DNA of 64,000 bases from Clostridiales bacterium (GCA_029265435.1 JAJUJH010000003.1:935-64934), one strand, 5' to 3'; positions 34,948-44,735 are shown, numbered from the stretch's first letter. Made by a program: numbers and translations. The notes: generated by a model not told the origin, from the letters alone.

Positions 34948-35355
34948 ATGTATTATGTAATAACGGTAAAAGACGGTATCATCACAGGGCAGCACGAATC
35001 ATTGCAACCAATTACAAAAGAAACATTCATCAATACTGTTTATGAAGGGCATGAAATAATCAATGTGCAAGAAAATGTTAATGTGCAGTATGGCATATCT
35101 GTTGCTTCATATACTTCTGATTGGAAACTGAAACCTCTTTCACAACGAGTAGAAGAAGGGCTCGTGGAAGTACCCGAAGGTAAGATAGTGGATGGCGAAG
35201 AGTTTCGCGAGATGACAACAGATGAAAAATTGGCAGCAGGTATTGACGTTATCATCACGCCGGAAATAGACTCGACATCCGAAATCTCATTACTCAAATC
35301 ACAATTGGCGGCAATACTCGATCGGATAAACGAAATTGAAAAAAAAGAAAAGTGA
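34948..35355 (+). CDS. Hypothetical protein
   Basis: 135-aa ORF at the end of the tail module, followed by a terminator. Confidence 0.5.
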   Translation: MYYVITVKDGIITGQHESLQPITKETFINTVYEGHEIINVQENVNVQYGISVASYTSDWKLKPLSQRVEEGLVEVPEGKIVDGEEFREMTTDEKLAAGIDVIITPEIDSTSEISLLKSQLAAILDRINEIEKKEK

Positions 35356-35387
35356 GGCATGAGTATCACAATGAACAAAAACATAGG

Positions 35388-35418
35388 GCAAAAAGCGCTC
35401 TCGGCAAGGAGGGCGTTT
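35388..35418 (+). terminator. Intrinsic terminator between tail and lysis modules
   Basis: AGCGCTCTC / GAGGGCGTT stem (two G:U pairs), 6-nt loop, T7. Confidence 0.6.
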
Positions 35419-35422
35419 TTTT

Positions 35423-35761
35423 ATGTATGACATTTTGATCGGAATTGCAATCGGGGTTGGAGTAGCGGCCGTTGTCGGCGCTGCCCGTTCCATCATCAAG
35501 AGGTTTTCCCTTAAGACACTGACGGCGCAGGAGGTGGACGCGTTGAAAGCGCGAGTTGCAGAGCTTGAGGAATTGCATAAGGAGGAATGTGCAAACGCGG
35601 AGATTATGAGGGAACTCAGCGAAAAGGTAGACCGCATCAACGAGGCCGTACCTTGTCTTATGAAAGCTGTATTCGGTTTACTGATTAAGGCGCAGAGCGG
35701 TCACGTCAATGGCGAAATCGCCGATGCGCTAAAAGATGTGAAAAAGTATCTATTCGGGTAA
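35423..35761 (+). CDS. Membrane-anchored coiled-coil protein (lysis-cassette associated)
   Basis: N-terminal TM helix ILIGIAIGVGVAAVVGAA. Lies upstream of the holin. Confidence 0.5.
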   Translation: MYDILIGIAIGVGVAAVVGAARSIIKRFSLKTLTAQEVDALKARVAELEELHKEECANAEIMRELSEKVDRINEAVPCLMKAVFGLLIKAQSGHVNGEIADALKDVKKYLFG

Positions 35762-35781
35762 CACCCGTAGAAAAAAAGGAG

Positions 35782-36093
35782 ATGAATGTTATGGATTGGC
35801 TGATAAGCAACGGTGAGGTTGTACAGATTATCGCGATTGCGGTTATCTGCGGTTTTGTGGGGTTCGGCGTCAAACAGGCCGCCGCCGGCAACGAGAAGGT
35901 TGTACGGCTTATACCGGTGATCGTCGGATCGCTTGGCGGCATCCTAGGGCTGCTGTATAAGCTCGTATCGCCTGAGTATGCGGATATGGATGTCTTTATG
36001 GCGATCGCGTCAGGTATTGTATCGGGCCTCGGCGCAACCGGCGCCCACCAGGTCATTAAGCAGACAAAGGACGACAATGAGGAGGGTAAATAA
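35782..36093 (+). CDS. Holin
   Basis: 103 aa, 2-3 TM helices, charged C-terminus KQTKDDNEEGK. Immediately precedes the endolysin. Confidence 0.7.
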   Translation: MNVMDWLISNGEVVQIIAIAVICGFVGFGVKQAAAGNEKVVRLIPVIVGSLGGILGLLYKLVSPEYADMDVFMAIASGIVSGLGATGAHQVIKQTKDDNEEGK

Positions 36094-36884
36094 TGGGTTT
36101 TTACTTAACGAATAAGCAGCTTGCCGACGAATGTCTCAAGATGGCGGGTCACGGGTCGCCGGTCGAGCTTGTCAGAAAAGGAATCACGTATTACCGCGAC
36201 CGGTGGGGATACGTCCTCGGCGGCCAGGGTGAGACGTACACAAAGGAGCTCGCTGAAAAGTGGGCGGCTACACGGCACCGCGGTACAGACAGGGACTATT
36301 ATGTCAACGAATGCGCGCAATGGTACACACCGCCGCGCCGCGTGGTTGATTGCTCCGGTATGATCGTCCAGGCGTTCAGGACGTATTATCCGGGTTATCC
36401 CGACCGGACGGCAAACGGATTCGCGTCTCAGTTTGTGGGCGGCGGCAGGATGGACACGCTTCCCGAGATTGCGGGCGTCGCGGTGCACAAAGACGGGCAT
36501 ATCGGCATATACATTGGCGGCGGGCTCGTTGTCGAGAGCCGCGGGCGCAACTATGGCGTCGTGATATCCGAGCTAAAGACGCAAAAATGGACAAAGTGGG
36601 GATGCATTGCGGAAGTGCAGTACATACCGGTGGAAAAGCCGGACGCGATACCTGTGTTTAGACGCAACCTGAAATATAAAATGAAAGGCGACGATGTCGC
36701 GGCGGTGCAGGCGAAGCTCGTCGCATTCGGTTTCGACATCGGGAAATACGGCCCGAAAAAAGACGGAGTCGATGGCGTGTTCGGGAAGCTCACCGATACC
36801 GCTGTACGCAAGTTTCAGGCGCAGAAAGCGCTTAAGGTTGACGGCATTGTCGGCGTAAAAACATGGGCGGCGCTTATGGGTTAA
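36093..36884 (+). CDS. Endolysin: NlpC/P60-type peptidase plus PG_binding_1 domain
   Basis: DCSGMIVQAF (Cys nucleophile) ... HIGIYIGG. C-terminal GDDVAAVQAKLVAFGF...VDGVFG..T..AV..FQ....L.VDGIVG..TW. Confidence 0.85.
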   Translation: MGFYLTNKQLADECLKMAGHGSPVELVRKGITYYRDRWGYVLGGQGETYTKELAEKWAATRHRGTDRDYYVNECAQWYTPPRRVVDCSGMIVQAFRTYYPGYPDRTANGFASQFVGGGRMDTLPEIAGVAVHKDGHIGIYIGGGLVVESRGRNYGVVISELKTQKWTKWGCIAEVQYIPVEKPDAIPVFRRNLKYKMKGDDVAAVQAKLVAFGFDIGKYGPKKDGVDGVFGKLTDTAVRKFQAQKALKVDGIVGVKTWAALMG

Positions 36885-36934
36885 TGGAGTCAGATTACGA
36901 ATCTGGGTTAGATTTCTCCCGACACATCCAAAAA

Positions 36935-36975
36935 AGAGCCTCGGCATCTAAGTGGTGTCGGGGCTCTTTTTATTT
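36935..36975 (+). terminator. Strong intrinsic terminator ending the prophage late operon
   Basis: ~12-bp stem AGAGCCTCGGCA / TGTCGGGGCTCT followed by TTTTTATTT. Confidence 0.8.
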
Positions 36976-37025
36976 CATTCAAAAACATCTCTCTGTAAAC
37001 GCTTTTCTTGACCTGTTGGCACACA

Positions 37026-37045
37026 AAAGGCACACGGTGAAAATA
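37026..37045 (+). repeat. Paired (TT)GGCACAC repeats (candidate arm-type integrase sites, right arm)
   Basis: TTGGCACAC 37026-37034 and GGCACAC 37039-37045, 11-bp register. Same motif and orientation as 581-599. Confidence 0.5.
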
Positions 37046-37094
37046 ATAATAAAAAAGAAAACCCCGGATTATCAGTATTTATCGAGGTTTTCTC

Positions 37095-37141
37095 TGGTCT
37101 GGGTGAGAAGATTCGAACTTCCGGCCTCTTGAACCCCATTC
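37095..37141. repeat. attR: 47-bp core repeat forming the 3' part of the functional tRNA-Pro
   Basis: Direct repeat of 453-499. Confidence 0.9.
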
Positions 37142-37171
37142 AAGCGCGCTACCAAGCTGCGCCACACCCAG
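37095..37171 (-). tRNA. tRNA-Pro (anticodon GGG), CCA encoded
   Basis: Hand-folded cloverleaf. Acceptor CTGGGTG/CACCCAG, D-arm GCGC/GCGC, anticodon arm CTTGA-AUGGGGU-TCAAG with G37, T-arm GGAAG-TTCGAAT-CTTCT, discriminator A plus CCA. Confidence 0.9.
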
Positions 37172-37240
37172 ACGACGCATTATATTCTAGCAATCAAAGC
37201 CACACCTGTCAATCAAAATATGCGATTCCGGCTAGACAAG

Positions 37241-37891
37241 CTATGTCTTGTCATCCGCGCCGCTAAGCTTGTTATTGAGCCAATTTTGGTCGATCAGCAA
37301 AAACGCATCTCCTTCCTGACGGCGGCGCAGGAATGCAAAGTCTTCAAGCGTTTTATCATAAATATCGCGCGGAACGCTGAAAGAGAAGTCGTCTTTTTCC
37401 AAAAACACATCGAAATTGAGCTCGCCTTCGCTGCCAATGCTTTCAAACAGGATGTTGTACACATCTTCCGCCCATGTGTTTTTATGAACGGTTGCGTATA
37501 TGGCTTTCATGGCCTCGATCACGCGGTCGTCCAAGCCGGATTCCAGTATCCGGATTTTTTCGGTAAAGTCCACAAACCCTGAGGCAACGCGAAGTACGCT
37601 GTTCGCCGTATCGTAATCGTCGTCCGTTTTCAGCAGCGTGGGAACGGGCAGAGTATCTTCGTTGTACCCGGGTATGAGATAGACCATAAATTTATGCATA
37701 TCATCATTGTATAAAAATACATCGTCAATAAAAAAACGTTTGCCGCAGCCGGGGCAGACCCATTCGAAATACGACCCGTTCAGTATTTCATCTTTGAGGT
37801 CCGGCCGTTTATTTACGCAGACGCGTTTTTCCATGCTATGCTGACCGGACGTCTGGCATTCCGGACATTCAAATGTTTTTGTATGGCTCAT
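37241..37891 (-). CDS. CpXC domain protein
   Basis: CPEC...(VCPGCG) paired CpXC motifs at the N-terminus. 216 aa. Confidence 0.65.
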   Translation of the reverse strand: MSHTKTFECPECQTSGQHSMEKRVCVNKRPDLKDEILNGSYFEWVCPGCGKRFFIDDVFLYNDDMHKFMVYLIPGYNEDTLPVPTLLKTDDDYDTANSVLRVASGFVDFTEKIRILESGLDDRVIEAMKAIYATVHKNTWAEDVYNILFESIGSEGELNFDVFLEKDDFSFSVPRDIYDKTLEDFAFLRRRQEGDAFLLIDQNWLNNKLSGADDKT

Positions 37892-38365
37892 GACATTTCC
37901 CTTCTGTGAAATCGATTATCAGCATACCCGCCGAGCCGCCTTGTGTCAATGGTTTGCTCCGCATTGGCGACATTTTCGGCATGCCCATACTTGAAGTAAA
38001 GCTGACCGGCAAGTTCAGCACGGGAACATTGCATCTCTCCGTTTCAATGATATCAAAAGAGTGCCATGCGGATGTGAGCCGAAAATGATATCCTGCGGCC
38101 TTCGCGATATGCGCGGCGATATTCTTTTGTGTTTTGTCGGGCACATGTGCATGCTCTTTGCCCCAAAGATTGCATCGGAAATATCCGTTTACGTGTATGG
38201 CGCGGGGGACGAATCCGGCACGGCTGTTTGAACGGGCGCGGCGGAAGGCATCGGCTCGGGAGAAGCCGGCTGCGCATAACTTTCAATACCGGAACGTCTG
38301 AATGCTTACAGCCAGCCGTAAACGCAACAACCAAACTCAAACAGCACCAAAAATCTTTTTTTCAT
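37869..38365 (-). pseudogene. Decayed lipoprotein gene (at least 3 frameshifts)
   Basis: Signal peptide MMKKRFLVLFEF / LVVAFTAGC lipobox, linker SGIESYAQPASPEPMPSAAPVQT and a C-terminal ~90 aa lie in three different frames of the minus strand. Confidence 0.5.
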
Positions 38366-38510
38366 CATGCCCTCCAGCGATATGACATATAATACCAATT
38401 CCCTTCCGGACAGCGGCTGAAACAATAACGTGCAGATTCACAGATTTTTCATTTTGTCGTGTCTTTTTGTCTGCTATAATAAAGATTATACCAATTCTCA
38501 GGAGGCGGCC

Positions 38511-40523
38511 ATGACCAAAAAAAGATGGACCATACTGATTGTCGTATTGCTGTGCGTGTCGATGCTGTCGGGCTGTAAGTTCGGCTGGCATTTTGATTGG
38601 CCTTTTCAATCGGGCGCGACGGACGAAGCGAGCGCTCTGCCCACTTTGCCGGTTGATGAACAAAGCAGTCTCATACCGCTTGACGTGCTTATGGGGTACG
38701 ATGAATTTTCCGCCCCTCAAATTTCGTCGGACGGCAGCAAGATACTTTACAGGCACACCGCCGATTATGATGACAGCTTCATGATACTCGACTGGCAGAC
38801 GGGCGAGGATTCCGCCGTCAACTGGCCCGACGTATACGGTGTGCCGTATGTGCAATGGGCGCCTGACGGGGAAACGGTGCTGTTCTTTGTGGACGATATG
38901 GGCGATGAAAATTACGGCCTATATACCGCCAATATCAATTCCGGAAAAACGGCGACGCTGCTTGCCGGCGGCGATAACAATTGTTACTATGTGTCGGATA
39001 ATCCGGCGGACAAAGATGAAATTTATCTTTGCATTTTCAATAACGATACGAATTTGTTCGATCTGTATCTGATGAACTACAAAACGGGTGAGAAAAGCCT
39101 AGTGCTCAAAAACCCGGGAGATATCACCGGCTACATTTTCGACCATAAGGGTAATCTGCGGATCGTCACGCGTACGGACGAAAATGCGGGCGAGCATGTG
39201 TGGCTGAAGAAAGATACGCAGAATACGTCGGCGGAATTCAATGAGCGCGGCTGGAGGCAGATCATGCAGTGGGATTACGAAGACGCCGAGACGAGCAGCA
39301 TTCTCGGATTCATGCAGGACGACACGCGCGTGCAGTATCTTGATACGTCTGTCAGCAATACCGCGACGCTGGCCACATATAATGTGGATACGGGCGAAAT
39401 CGAGCGGATCTATAACGATCCCGATTACGATGTAGCTTCTTCATGGACGGATCTCGAGCTCGACAAAATCACGGCCGTATGCGTTCAGCGCGATTATCTG
39501 GAATGGGAGGTGCTCGACAGCAGCTTTCAGGACGATTACGACGTGCTGAGCAAGATAGGCAGCGGCATATTCAGCGTGATCGGATCGAGCAAGGACGATC
39601 GGTATTGGATTGTGGCGTATGAGTCGGATACCAGGCAGACGGACTATTATGTGTATGATATGGCGGCCAAAGAAGCCAAGAAGCTGTATAACGCGCGCCC
39701 CGTTCTTGAGGACTATGCGTTCTCGCCGATGGAGCCGTTCAGCTTTACCTCGGGCGACGGTCTTAAAATTGAAGGGTATGTGACATTTCCGCTGAACTCC
39801 GACAAAACGAACCTGCCGACCGTCGTTTTGGTGCACGGCGGACCGTGGTCTCGCGATGTGTGGGGATATAACGAAGAGGTGCAGCTTCTCGCCAATCGCG
39901 GATACTGTGTGCTTCAGGTCAATTACCGCGGCTCTACGGGTTACGGCAAGGCATTTAGGAACGCGGGGGACAAGGAATGGGGCGGCCTCATGCATCAGGA
40001 TATACTTGACGCGGTTAATTACGCGGTAGAACAGGGGTGGACGGATAAAGACCGCGTGGGCATATACGGCGCGTCATACGGCGGTTACGAAGCGCTGATC
40101 GGAGCCGCTTTCTCGTCCGACGTTTTCAAATGCGCGGTGGACGCGTTCGGCCCGTCGAGCCTGCTGACCTTTGTGGATTCCATCCCCGCAATGTGGTCCG
40201 TTGAATATCAGGATCTTATCCGCGCGCTCGGCGATCCGGATACCGAACAGGATTTCATGAAATCGCGCTCGCCGCTCTATTACGCGGATCAGGTTAAAAT
40301 TCCCATGCTGATCGCTCAGGGCGGCAACGATGTGCGCGTGCCCCAAAAGGAATCCGACCAAATGGTCGAGGCGCTTAAAGATGCGGGCGTTGACGTGCAG
40401 TATCTGCTGTTTCCCAACTGCGGGCACGGCTTCAACTCGAAGGAAGATATGACGACGTTTTATTCCGCGATGGAAAAATTCTTTGCGGAAAATCTCGGCG
40501 GGAAAGCCGGCGGCACGGATTAA
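38511..40523 (+). CDS. S9-family serine peptidase (prolyl oligopeptidase/dipeptidyl-peptidase-like) lipoprotein
   Basis: Lipobox MLSGC, beta-propeller-like N-terminal half, GASYGGY nucleophile elbow, ...GGNDVRV...H. ATG 38511 after GGAGG. Confidence 0.85.
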   Translation: MTKKRWTILIVVLLCVSMLSGCKFGWHFDWPFQSGATDEASALPTLPVDEQSSLIPLDVLMGYDEFSAPQISSDGSKILYRHTADYDDSFMILDWQTGEDSAVNWPDVYGVPYVQWAPDGETVLFFVDDMGDENYGLYTANINSGKTATLLAGGDNNCYYVSDNPADKDEIYLCIFNNDTNLFDLYLMNYKTGEKSLVLKNPGDITGYIFDHKGNLRIVTRTDENAGEHVWLKKDTQNTSAEFNERGWRQIMQWDYEDAETSSILGFMQDDTRVQYLDTSVSNTATLATYNVDTGEIERIYNDPDYDVASSWTDLELDKITAVCVQRDYLEWEVLDSSFQDDYDVLSKIGSGIFSVIGSSKDDRYWIVAYESDTRQTDYYVYDMAAKEAKKLYNARPVLEDYAFSPMEPFSFTSGDGLKIEGYVTFPLNSDKTNLPTVVLVHGGPWSRDVWGYNEEVQLLANRGYCVLQVNYRGSTGYGKAFRNAGDKEWGGLMHQDILDAVNYAVEQGWTDKDRVGIYGASYGGYEALIGAAFSSDVFKCAVDAFGPSSLLTFVDSIPAMWSVEYQDLIRALGDPDTEQDFMKSRSPLYYADQVKIPMLIAQGGNDVRVPQKESDQMVEALKDAGVDVQYLLFPNCGHGFNSKEDMTTFYSAMEKFFAENLGGKAGGTD

Positions 40524-40658
40524 CGGCTCAAAAATGACAGGCCGAGCCGGCTTTGCCGAATTTTCGTTTCGGTGCGGCTGACTGAGACGAATGCTGAGCG
40601 GGACGGTTTGCTGAGAACGCGCGAGCCGAAGAAGAGCTTCGGATAACGAATCGGCTTG

Positions 40659-40940
40659 CTATCGCGTCTCTCGATCGTCCCGCTCGCTTTGCATCTGCTC
40701 GTATACAAAACGATAAAGCGCAAAAAGCTCGGCCGCCGCGGGGTCGTCCACATTGATGTCGGGATGGTAGCGGTTCAGTATGCCTCCCCAGCCGACCGCC
40801 GCAATTTCTTCACGCATTAAGCGGTAACGCTCAAAGCATCCCAGCTGCGTGTTGACTTCGGTCAGCATATCCCGGATATGTTCAAGATCGCTCAGTATGG
40901 ATTCGAGCGGGTCTTCATCGCGCCTTGCTCCGTGGTTCAT
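40659..40940 (-). CDS. Small J-domain (DnaJ-like) protein
   Basis: YHPDIN (HPD motif) within a helical ~60-aa region. Confidence 0.55.
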   Translation of the reverse strand: MNHGARRDEDPLESILSDLEHIRDMLTEVNTQLGCFERYRLMREEIAAVGWGGILNRYHPDINVDDPAAAELFALYRFVYEQMQSERDDRETR

Positions 40941-41180
40941 GGCAAGCCTCCAAAAGCGTTTTTCAAAGCTTGTTGACTATTATGCGGGAGAAGGGCCTTT
41001 TCATACGTGTTACGGAAAAATCGACAAACAAACGCATACGGAAACGGGGTTTGAAAAAAGTGTGAATAATATGCGTATATAAGGTGAAAAACGATATTTT
41101 AACTTGCGAATAATAAAGGATATGATGTAATATATTTGTATTGGTATACATATATTTAAATTCAGGGAGGGATGCGATCT

Positions 41181-41894
41181 ATGTCTCCGTATAAAAGCTT
41201 CATTGCCGCTTCAAAAAACTATTTTGTGAGCAACGCGTTTCTGAAATTTCTGCTTTCCGCATCAATATTTATTTTCGCGGCAGGCGGGCTTTTGTATCTG
41301 CTGGGCCTCTTTATCGGGGCTGTCTACGAAGCGTTTGTATGCCTCGGCAGCATTTTGATTTGGGCCGGCTTGCTCCTCTCGATCATCAAGGAAGATGTGA
41401 TGACAATACTGATCACAAGCGGAACGATAGCGCTTGGCAGCCTGGTCGCATGGATCGTGAAGCTGGCCGGGGCCGGAGCGTACTACGGTATCGGCGGGGG
41501 CTACTTTGCATTCACGCCGTTCTTCTTTTTCCTGATATTTTCCGCTATAGCGATCGTTGTGCCGATTAAGGCTGAAAAGTTCAAACAGATGCGCGCGGCG
41601 GCCGCCGCCGCAAGGCCGCAAGGCATACCCTGCCAAAGATGCGGCGGAATTGTGCCGTTTGGTTCGGCTTTCTGTCCGGCGTGCGGAGCGCCTGCGCCGC
41701 AGTACGCACCGCCCCAATACGCGCCGCAGTATGCCGCGCCTCAATATGCGCCGCCGCAGCCTCCTCCGCAGTATTCGGCGCCCGCCGAACCCGTTCAAGA
41801 GGCGGCGCCTGCGGCAAAGAAGTGTGTGAATTGCGGAGCCGATCTTCCCGCCGATGCCGTGTTCTGCGGCAAGTGCGGTTCCAAACAGCCATAA
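41181..41894 (+). CDS. Polytopic membrane protein with two C-terminal zinc-ribbons and PQYA repeats
   Basis: 4-5 TM helices. CQRCG..(13)..CPACG and CVNCG..(9)..CGKCG. APQYAPPQYAPQYAAPQYAPPQPPPQYSAP linker. The track start is 41172. Confidence 0.7.
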   Translation: MSPYKSFIAASKNYFVSNAFLKFLLSASIFIFAAGGLLYLLGLFIGAVYEAFVCLGSILIWAGLLLSIIKEDVMTILITSGTIALGSLVAWIVKLAGAGAYYGIGGGYFAFTPFFFFLIFSAIAIVVPIKAEKFKQMRAAAAAARPQGIPCQRCGGIVPFGSAFCPACGAPAPQYAPPQYAPQYAAPQYAPPQPPPQYSAPAEPVQEAAPAAKKCVNCGADLPADAVFCGKCGSKQP

Positions 41895-41954
41895 ATGAGA
41901 CAAGAAAGGCATCTTCCTTGACTGGGAGATGCCTTTTTCGCGCGCCGTGGCGTT

Positions 41955-43202
41955 TTATGCTTTTCGCGCGGCTTCAAGCATCATCGAAAGCGCATGAAGC
42001 GCGGCGATGCTGCGAATCGAATTCCGTTCGTTTTTATGCCCGCGCGATAGCATGAGCTTTTTGACATCACTGTGAGCGGGGCTGCTGACGGCTATGTAAA
42101 CAAGCCCGACGGGCTTCTCGTCGCTCCCGCCGTCCGGCCCCGCTATGCCGGTGACGCCGACGCCGATATCGGCGCCCGTCAGCGCACGCACGCCCTGCGC
42201 CATCTGACGCGCCGTTTCTGCGGAAACCGCGCCGTCACGATTCAGCGTGTCTTCCCCGACCCCGAGCAGCTTGGTTTTGAGCGCGTTTGCATATGTGCAG
42301 ACGCCGCCGGCAAAAACGGCGGATGCGCCGGGAATGTCTGTAATCGCGGCGGACACAAGGCCGCCGGTGCAGCTTTCGGCTGTGGCGCATACAAGGCCCT
42401 TTTGCTTTAGCGCCGTCACAAGCGCGTTTTGCATGCTGCCGATATCCACGCCGTAAACGACGCTCCCGAGTTTTTGCTTGATCTGCTCAACCACGGGGTC
42501 TATCAGCGCGAGCGCTTCCGCTTCACTGTCCGCTTTGGCGCTGACGCGCACCTGTACCTCGCCCTGCTTGGCGTACGGCGCGACGGTCGGGTTTGCGGAC
42601 GTGGTCATCAACTCACGCAGCGTATCCTCCACGGACGATTCGCCCATGCCGAATATGAAAAGGGTTTTTGAACGGATGATGCCGCCCGTTTTCTGCTGAA
42701 GATACGGCGATATGCGCTCAATAAACATGGGACGCATTTCGGAAGGCGGACCCGGCATCATGATGACTGTTTTGCCTCCGTTTTCCACCGCGACGCCGGG
42801 CGCGAGGCCGTAATCGTTGAAAAAGACGATGCTGCCCGAAGGGACAAGAGCCTGAAGCATGTTGTTCGGTGTCATCGGCCAGTTTCTTCTTTGAAAAAGC
42901 GCTTCTATCTTTTTGACGCTCGGCTCATGCAGCTCCATATCGAGACCGAAATAATCCGCCACCGTTTTTTTGGTCAGGTCGTCGTAGGTGGGGCCAAGAC
43001 CGCCTGTCGTCAGCACGATGTCCGCACGTGACAGCGCGAGCGCGAGGCTCTCCTTCAGCCGCTCCGCGTTGTCCCCCACAACCGATTGATGGTACATGCT
43101 GATGCCGAGCGCCGCAAGCTCTTTCGAGAGAAAGGCGGCGTTGGTGTTGACGATATCGCCGAGCAGCAGCTCCGTACCGACGCATATGATTTCCGCTACC
43201 AT
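41955..43202 (-). CDS. cinA: Competence/damage-inducible protein CinA (MoCF-binding domain plus NMN amidohydrolase domain)
   Basis: MVAEIICVGTELLLGDIVNTNA N-terminus and C-terminal ATAESCTGG...AGPDGG motifs. Confidence 0.9.
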   Translation of the reverse strand: MVAEIICVGTELLLGDIVNTNAAFLSKELAALGISMYHQSVVGDNAERLKESLALALSRADIVLTTGGLGPTYDDLTKKTVADYFGLDMELHEPSVKKIEALFQRRNWPMTPNNMLQALVPSGSIVFFNDYGLAPGVAVENGGKTVIMMPGPPSEMRPMFIERISPYLQQKTGGIIRSKTLFIFGMGESSVEDTLRELMTTSANPTVAPYAKQGEVQVRVSAKADSEAEALALIDPVVEQIKQKLGSVVYGVDIGSMQNALVTALKQKGLVCATAESCTGGLVSAAITDIPGASAVFAGGVCTYANALKTKLLGVGEDTLNRDGAVSAETARQMAQGVRALTGADIGVGVTGIAGPDGGSDEKPVGLVYIAVSSPAHSDVKKLMLSRGHKNERNSIRSIAALHALSMMLEAARKA

Positions 43203-43424
43203 GAATGTCATCTCCGTTGCTTGATTTGTCCTCCATTATATCACAGCGGTCAATATGAGAAACAGGCGGTGAGTAGTTGGTTTTCGTGCGGCCGATGCAA
43301 CACGGGCTTGATCCGGTAAAGACCCATCCCCCAAAGCGAAGGATCGGCAGGCAGAACCCGGATCGGATATGGTTTTATTTGACTGTCTGTGTTATTCTAT
43401 AGCAAACCGAACGTCGGAGGATTT

Positions 43425-44735
43425 ATGAAGAAAAGATTGCTCGCGCCCCTGCTTTTGATCACAGCCGTCATTTTGTCAGCCTGCGCTTCTTTAAAACCCG
43501 TTTCTGCACAGGCGCAGGCCGCGCCGGCGCCCGAACCGACCGAAAGCATCATGGCCGTGCCCGTCACGCCGGACGATTTTCCGTTTTCATATTTCCCAAA
43601 GCTCGGCGTATCCGGCGCGATTCCCCAAAAGGCGTATCATATCGGCGTTGTGAGCGAAAAGACGTCGCCGTATGCGCCGAATTTGGCCGCGTTTGAGGAG
43701 CTCGGTAAAAAATACGAGGAATCGTTCCGCATGACGGTCACGATCGAGCGGCCTGACGATGCGGCGCAGTCCGTACGGCGGATGATCGCAGACGGCATCG
43801 AGCTTTTGATATACGCGCCGGGGGAGGACGAAAACCAGATCGGCGCGATATGCGAAGACAGCGGCGTTCCGTATATCACGATCGGACGGCGAACCGAAGC
43901 CCGGCCGGGTGAAGGCCGCTATGTGCTCAGTATCGAGCCGGATCTGTTTTACAGCGGCATACTCGCGGGACAGCACATTGCGGACACGATGAAGGCGCGG
44001 TACGGCGAGCCTTTCGGCAACATTGCCGAGATCACGGGCGTTGTGAGCGACGAGGCGTCGATACTGAGGTCGGGCGGATTAAGGCACGCGCTTGCGCCTT
44101 ACGACAGAATCAATGTGGTATGCAGCGTGGCGGGAAGCGATGATGCGGACACGATATACAAAGCGGCGGAGAACATTTTCAAGGCGTACCGGGAGGGTGA
44201 GCTTGACGGCATTGTGGTGCCGGACGACGGCGCGGCGCTGACGGTGCTTCAGGCGGCGCTTGATTATGACAGAAACGATGTGGCGGGGAGCATATGGAGT
44301 ACAGGCGCCACGACGGAGGGGCTGACGGGCGTGTATTACGGACAGTTTGCGCAGACGGTCGAAACATGGTCGCAGACGGGATTGGCCGCGATGGAATACG
44401 CGGTGCGCTATCTGAACGGAGAGACCGGATTTCCGCCGGCGGTTACGGCGCTGATGCGTTCGTTTACTGCCGAAACACAGGAAAAGAAGGACGGCATAAA
44501 AGAGCTGATTGCGGCGCTGAAAGAATGCAATGCCCAAAGCTGCCTTGAAAGCGAGGGCGCTTACGCGGCCTATCTTCCGGATACCAGCCGTTTCAATTAT
44601 CCGCAGCGGTATGACCTTTATACCGATCCGGCGGCGTATTTGAGCGCATATGCACCGTATACCACCGAAAAGGCGATATACATGCAAAAGCAAAGCGCGC
44701 AGGCGGCGGAGGCTTCGCAGACGCCGGCGCAATAA
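43425..44735 (+). CDS. Lipoprotein with periplasmic-binding-protein (sugar-binding/LacI-type)-like domain
   Basis: Lipobox ILSAC. Alternating beta-alpha pattern (HIGVVSE..., ELLIYAP..., GIVVPDD...). Family call is tentative. Confidence 0.5.
   Translation: MKKRLLAPLLLITAVILSACASLKPVSAQAQAAPAPEPTESIMAVPVTPDDFPFSYFPKLGVSGAIPQKAYHIGVVSEKTSPYAPNLAAFEELGKKYEESFRMTVTIERPDDAAQSVRRMIADGIELLIYAPGEDENQIGAICEDSGVPYITIGRRTEARPGEGRYVLSIEPDLFYSGILAGQHIADTMKARYGEPFGNIAEITGVVSDEASILRSGGLRHALAPYDRINVVCSVAGSDDADTIYKAAENIFKAYREGELDGIVVPDDGAALTVLQAALDYDRNDVAGSIWSTGATTEGLTGVYYGQFAQTVETWSQTGLAAMEYAVRYLNGETGFPPAVTALMRSFTAETQEKKDGIKELIAALKECNAQSCLESEGAYAAYLPDTSRFNYPQRYDLYTDPAAYLSAYAPYTTEKAIYMQKQSAQAAEASQTPAQ

Larger units (their letters stand above)
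453..37141. mobile_element. Integrated temperate siphovirus-type prophage (~36.7 kb), tRNA-Pro integrating
   Basis: Bounded by the 47-bp att duplication. Integrase lies at the left end and the lysis cassette at the right end. Lysogeny, replication, packaging, head, tail and lysis modules are all present. Confidence 0.9.

Noticed and set aside
41262-41912. Minus-strand 216-aa ORF and several plus-strand Arg-rich ORFs overlapping the zinc-ribbon membrane protein gene.
   Set aside because: These are alternative frames of a GC- and repeat-rich coding segment. The plus-strand frame starting at 41181 has coherent TM helices and zinc-ribbon motifs.
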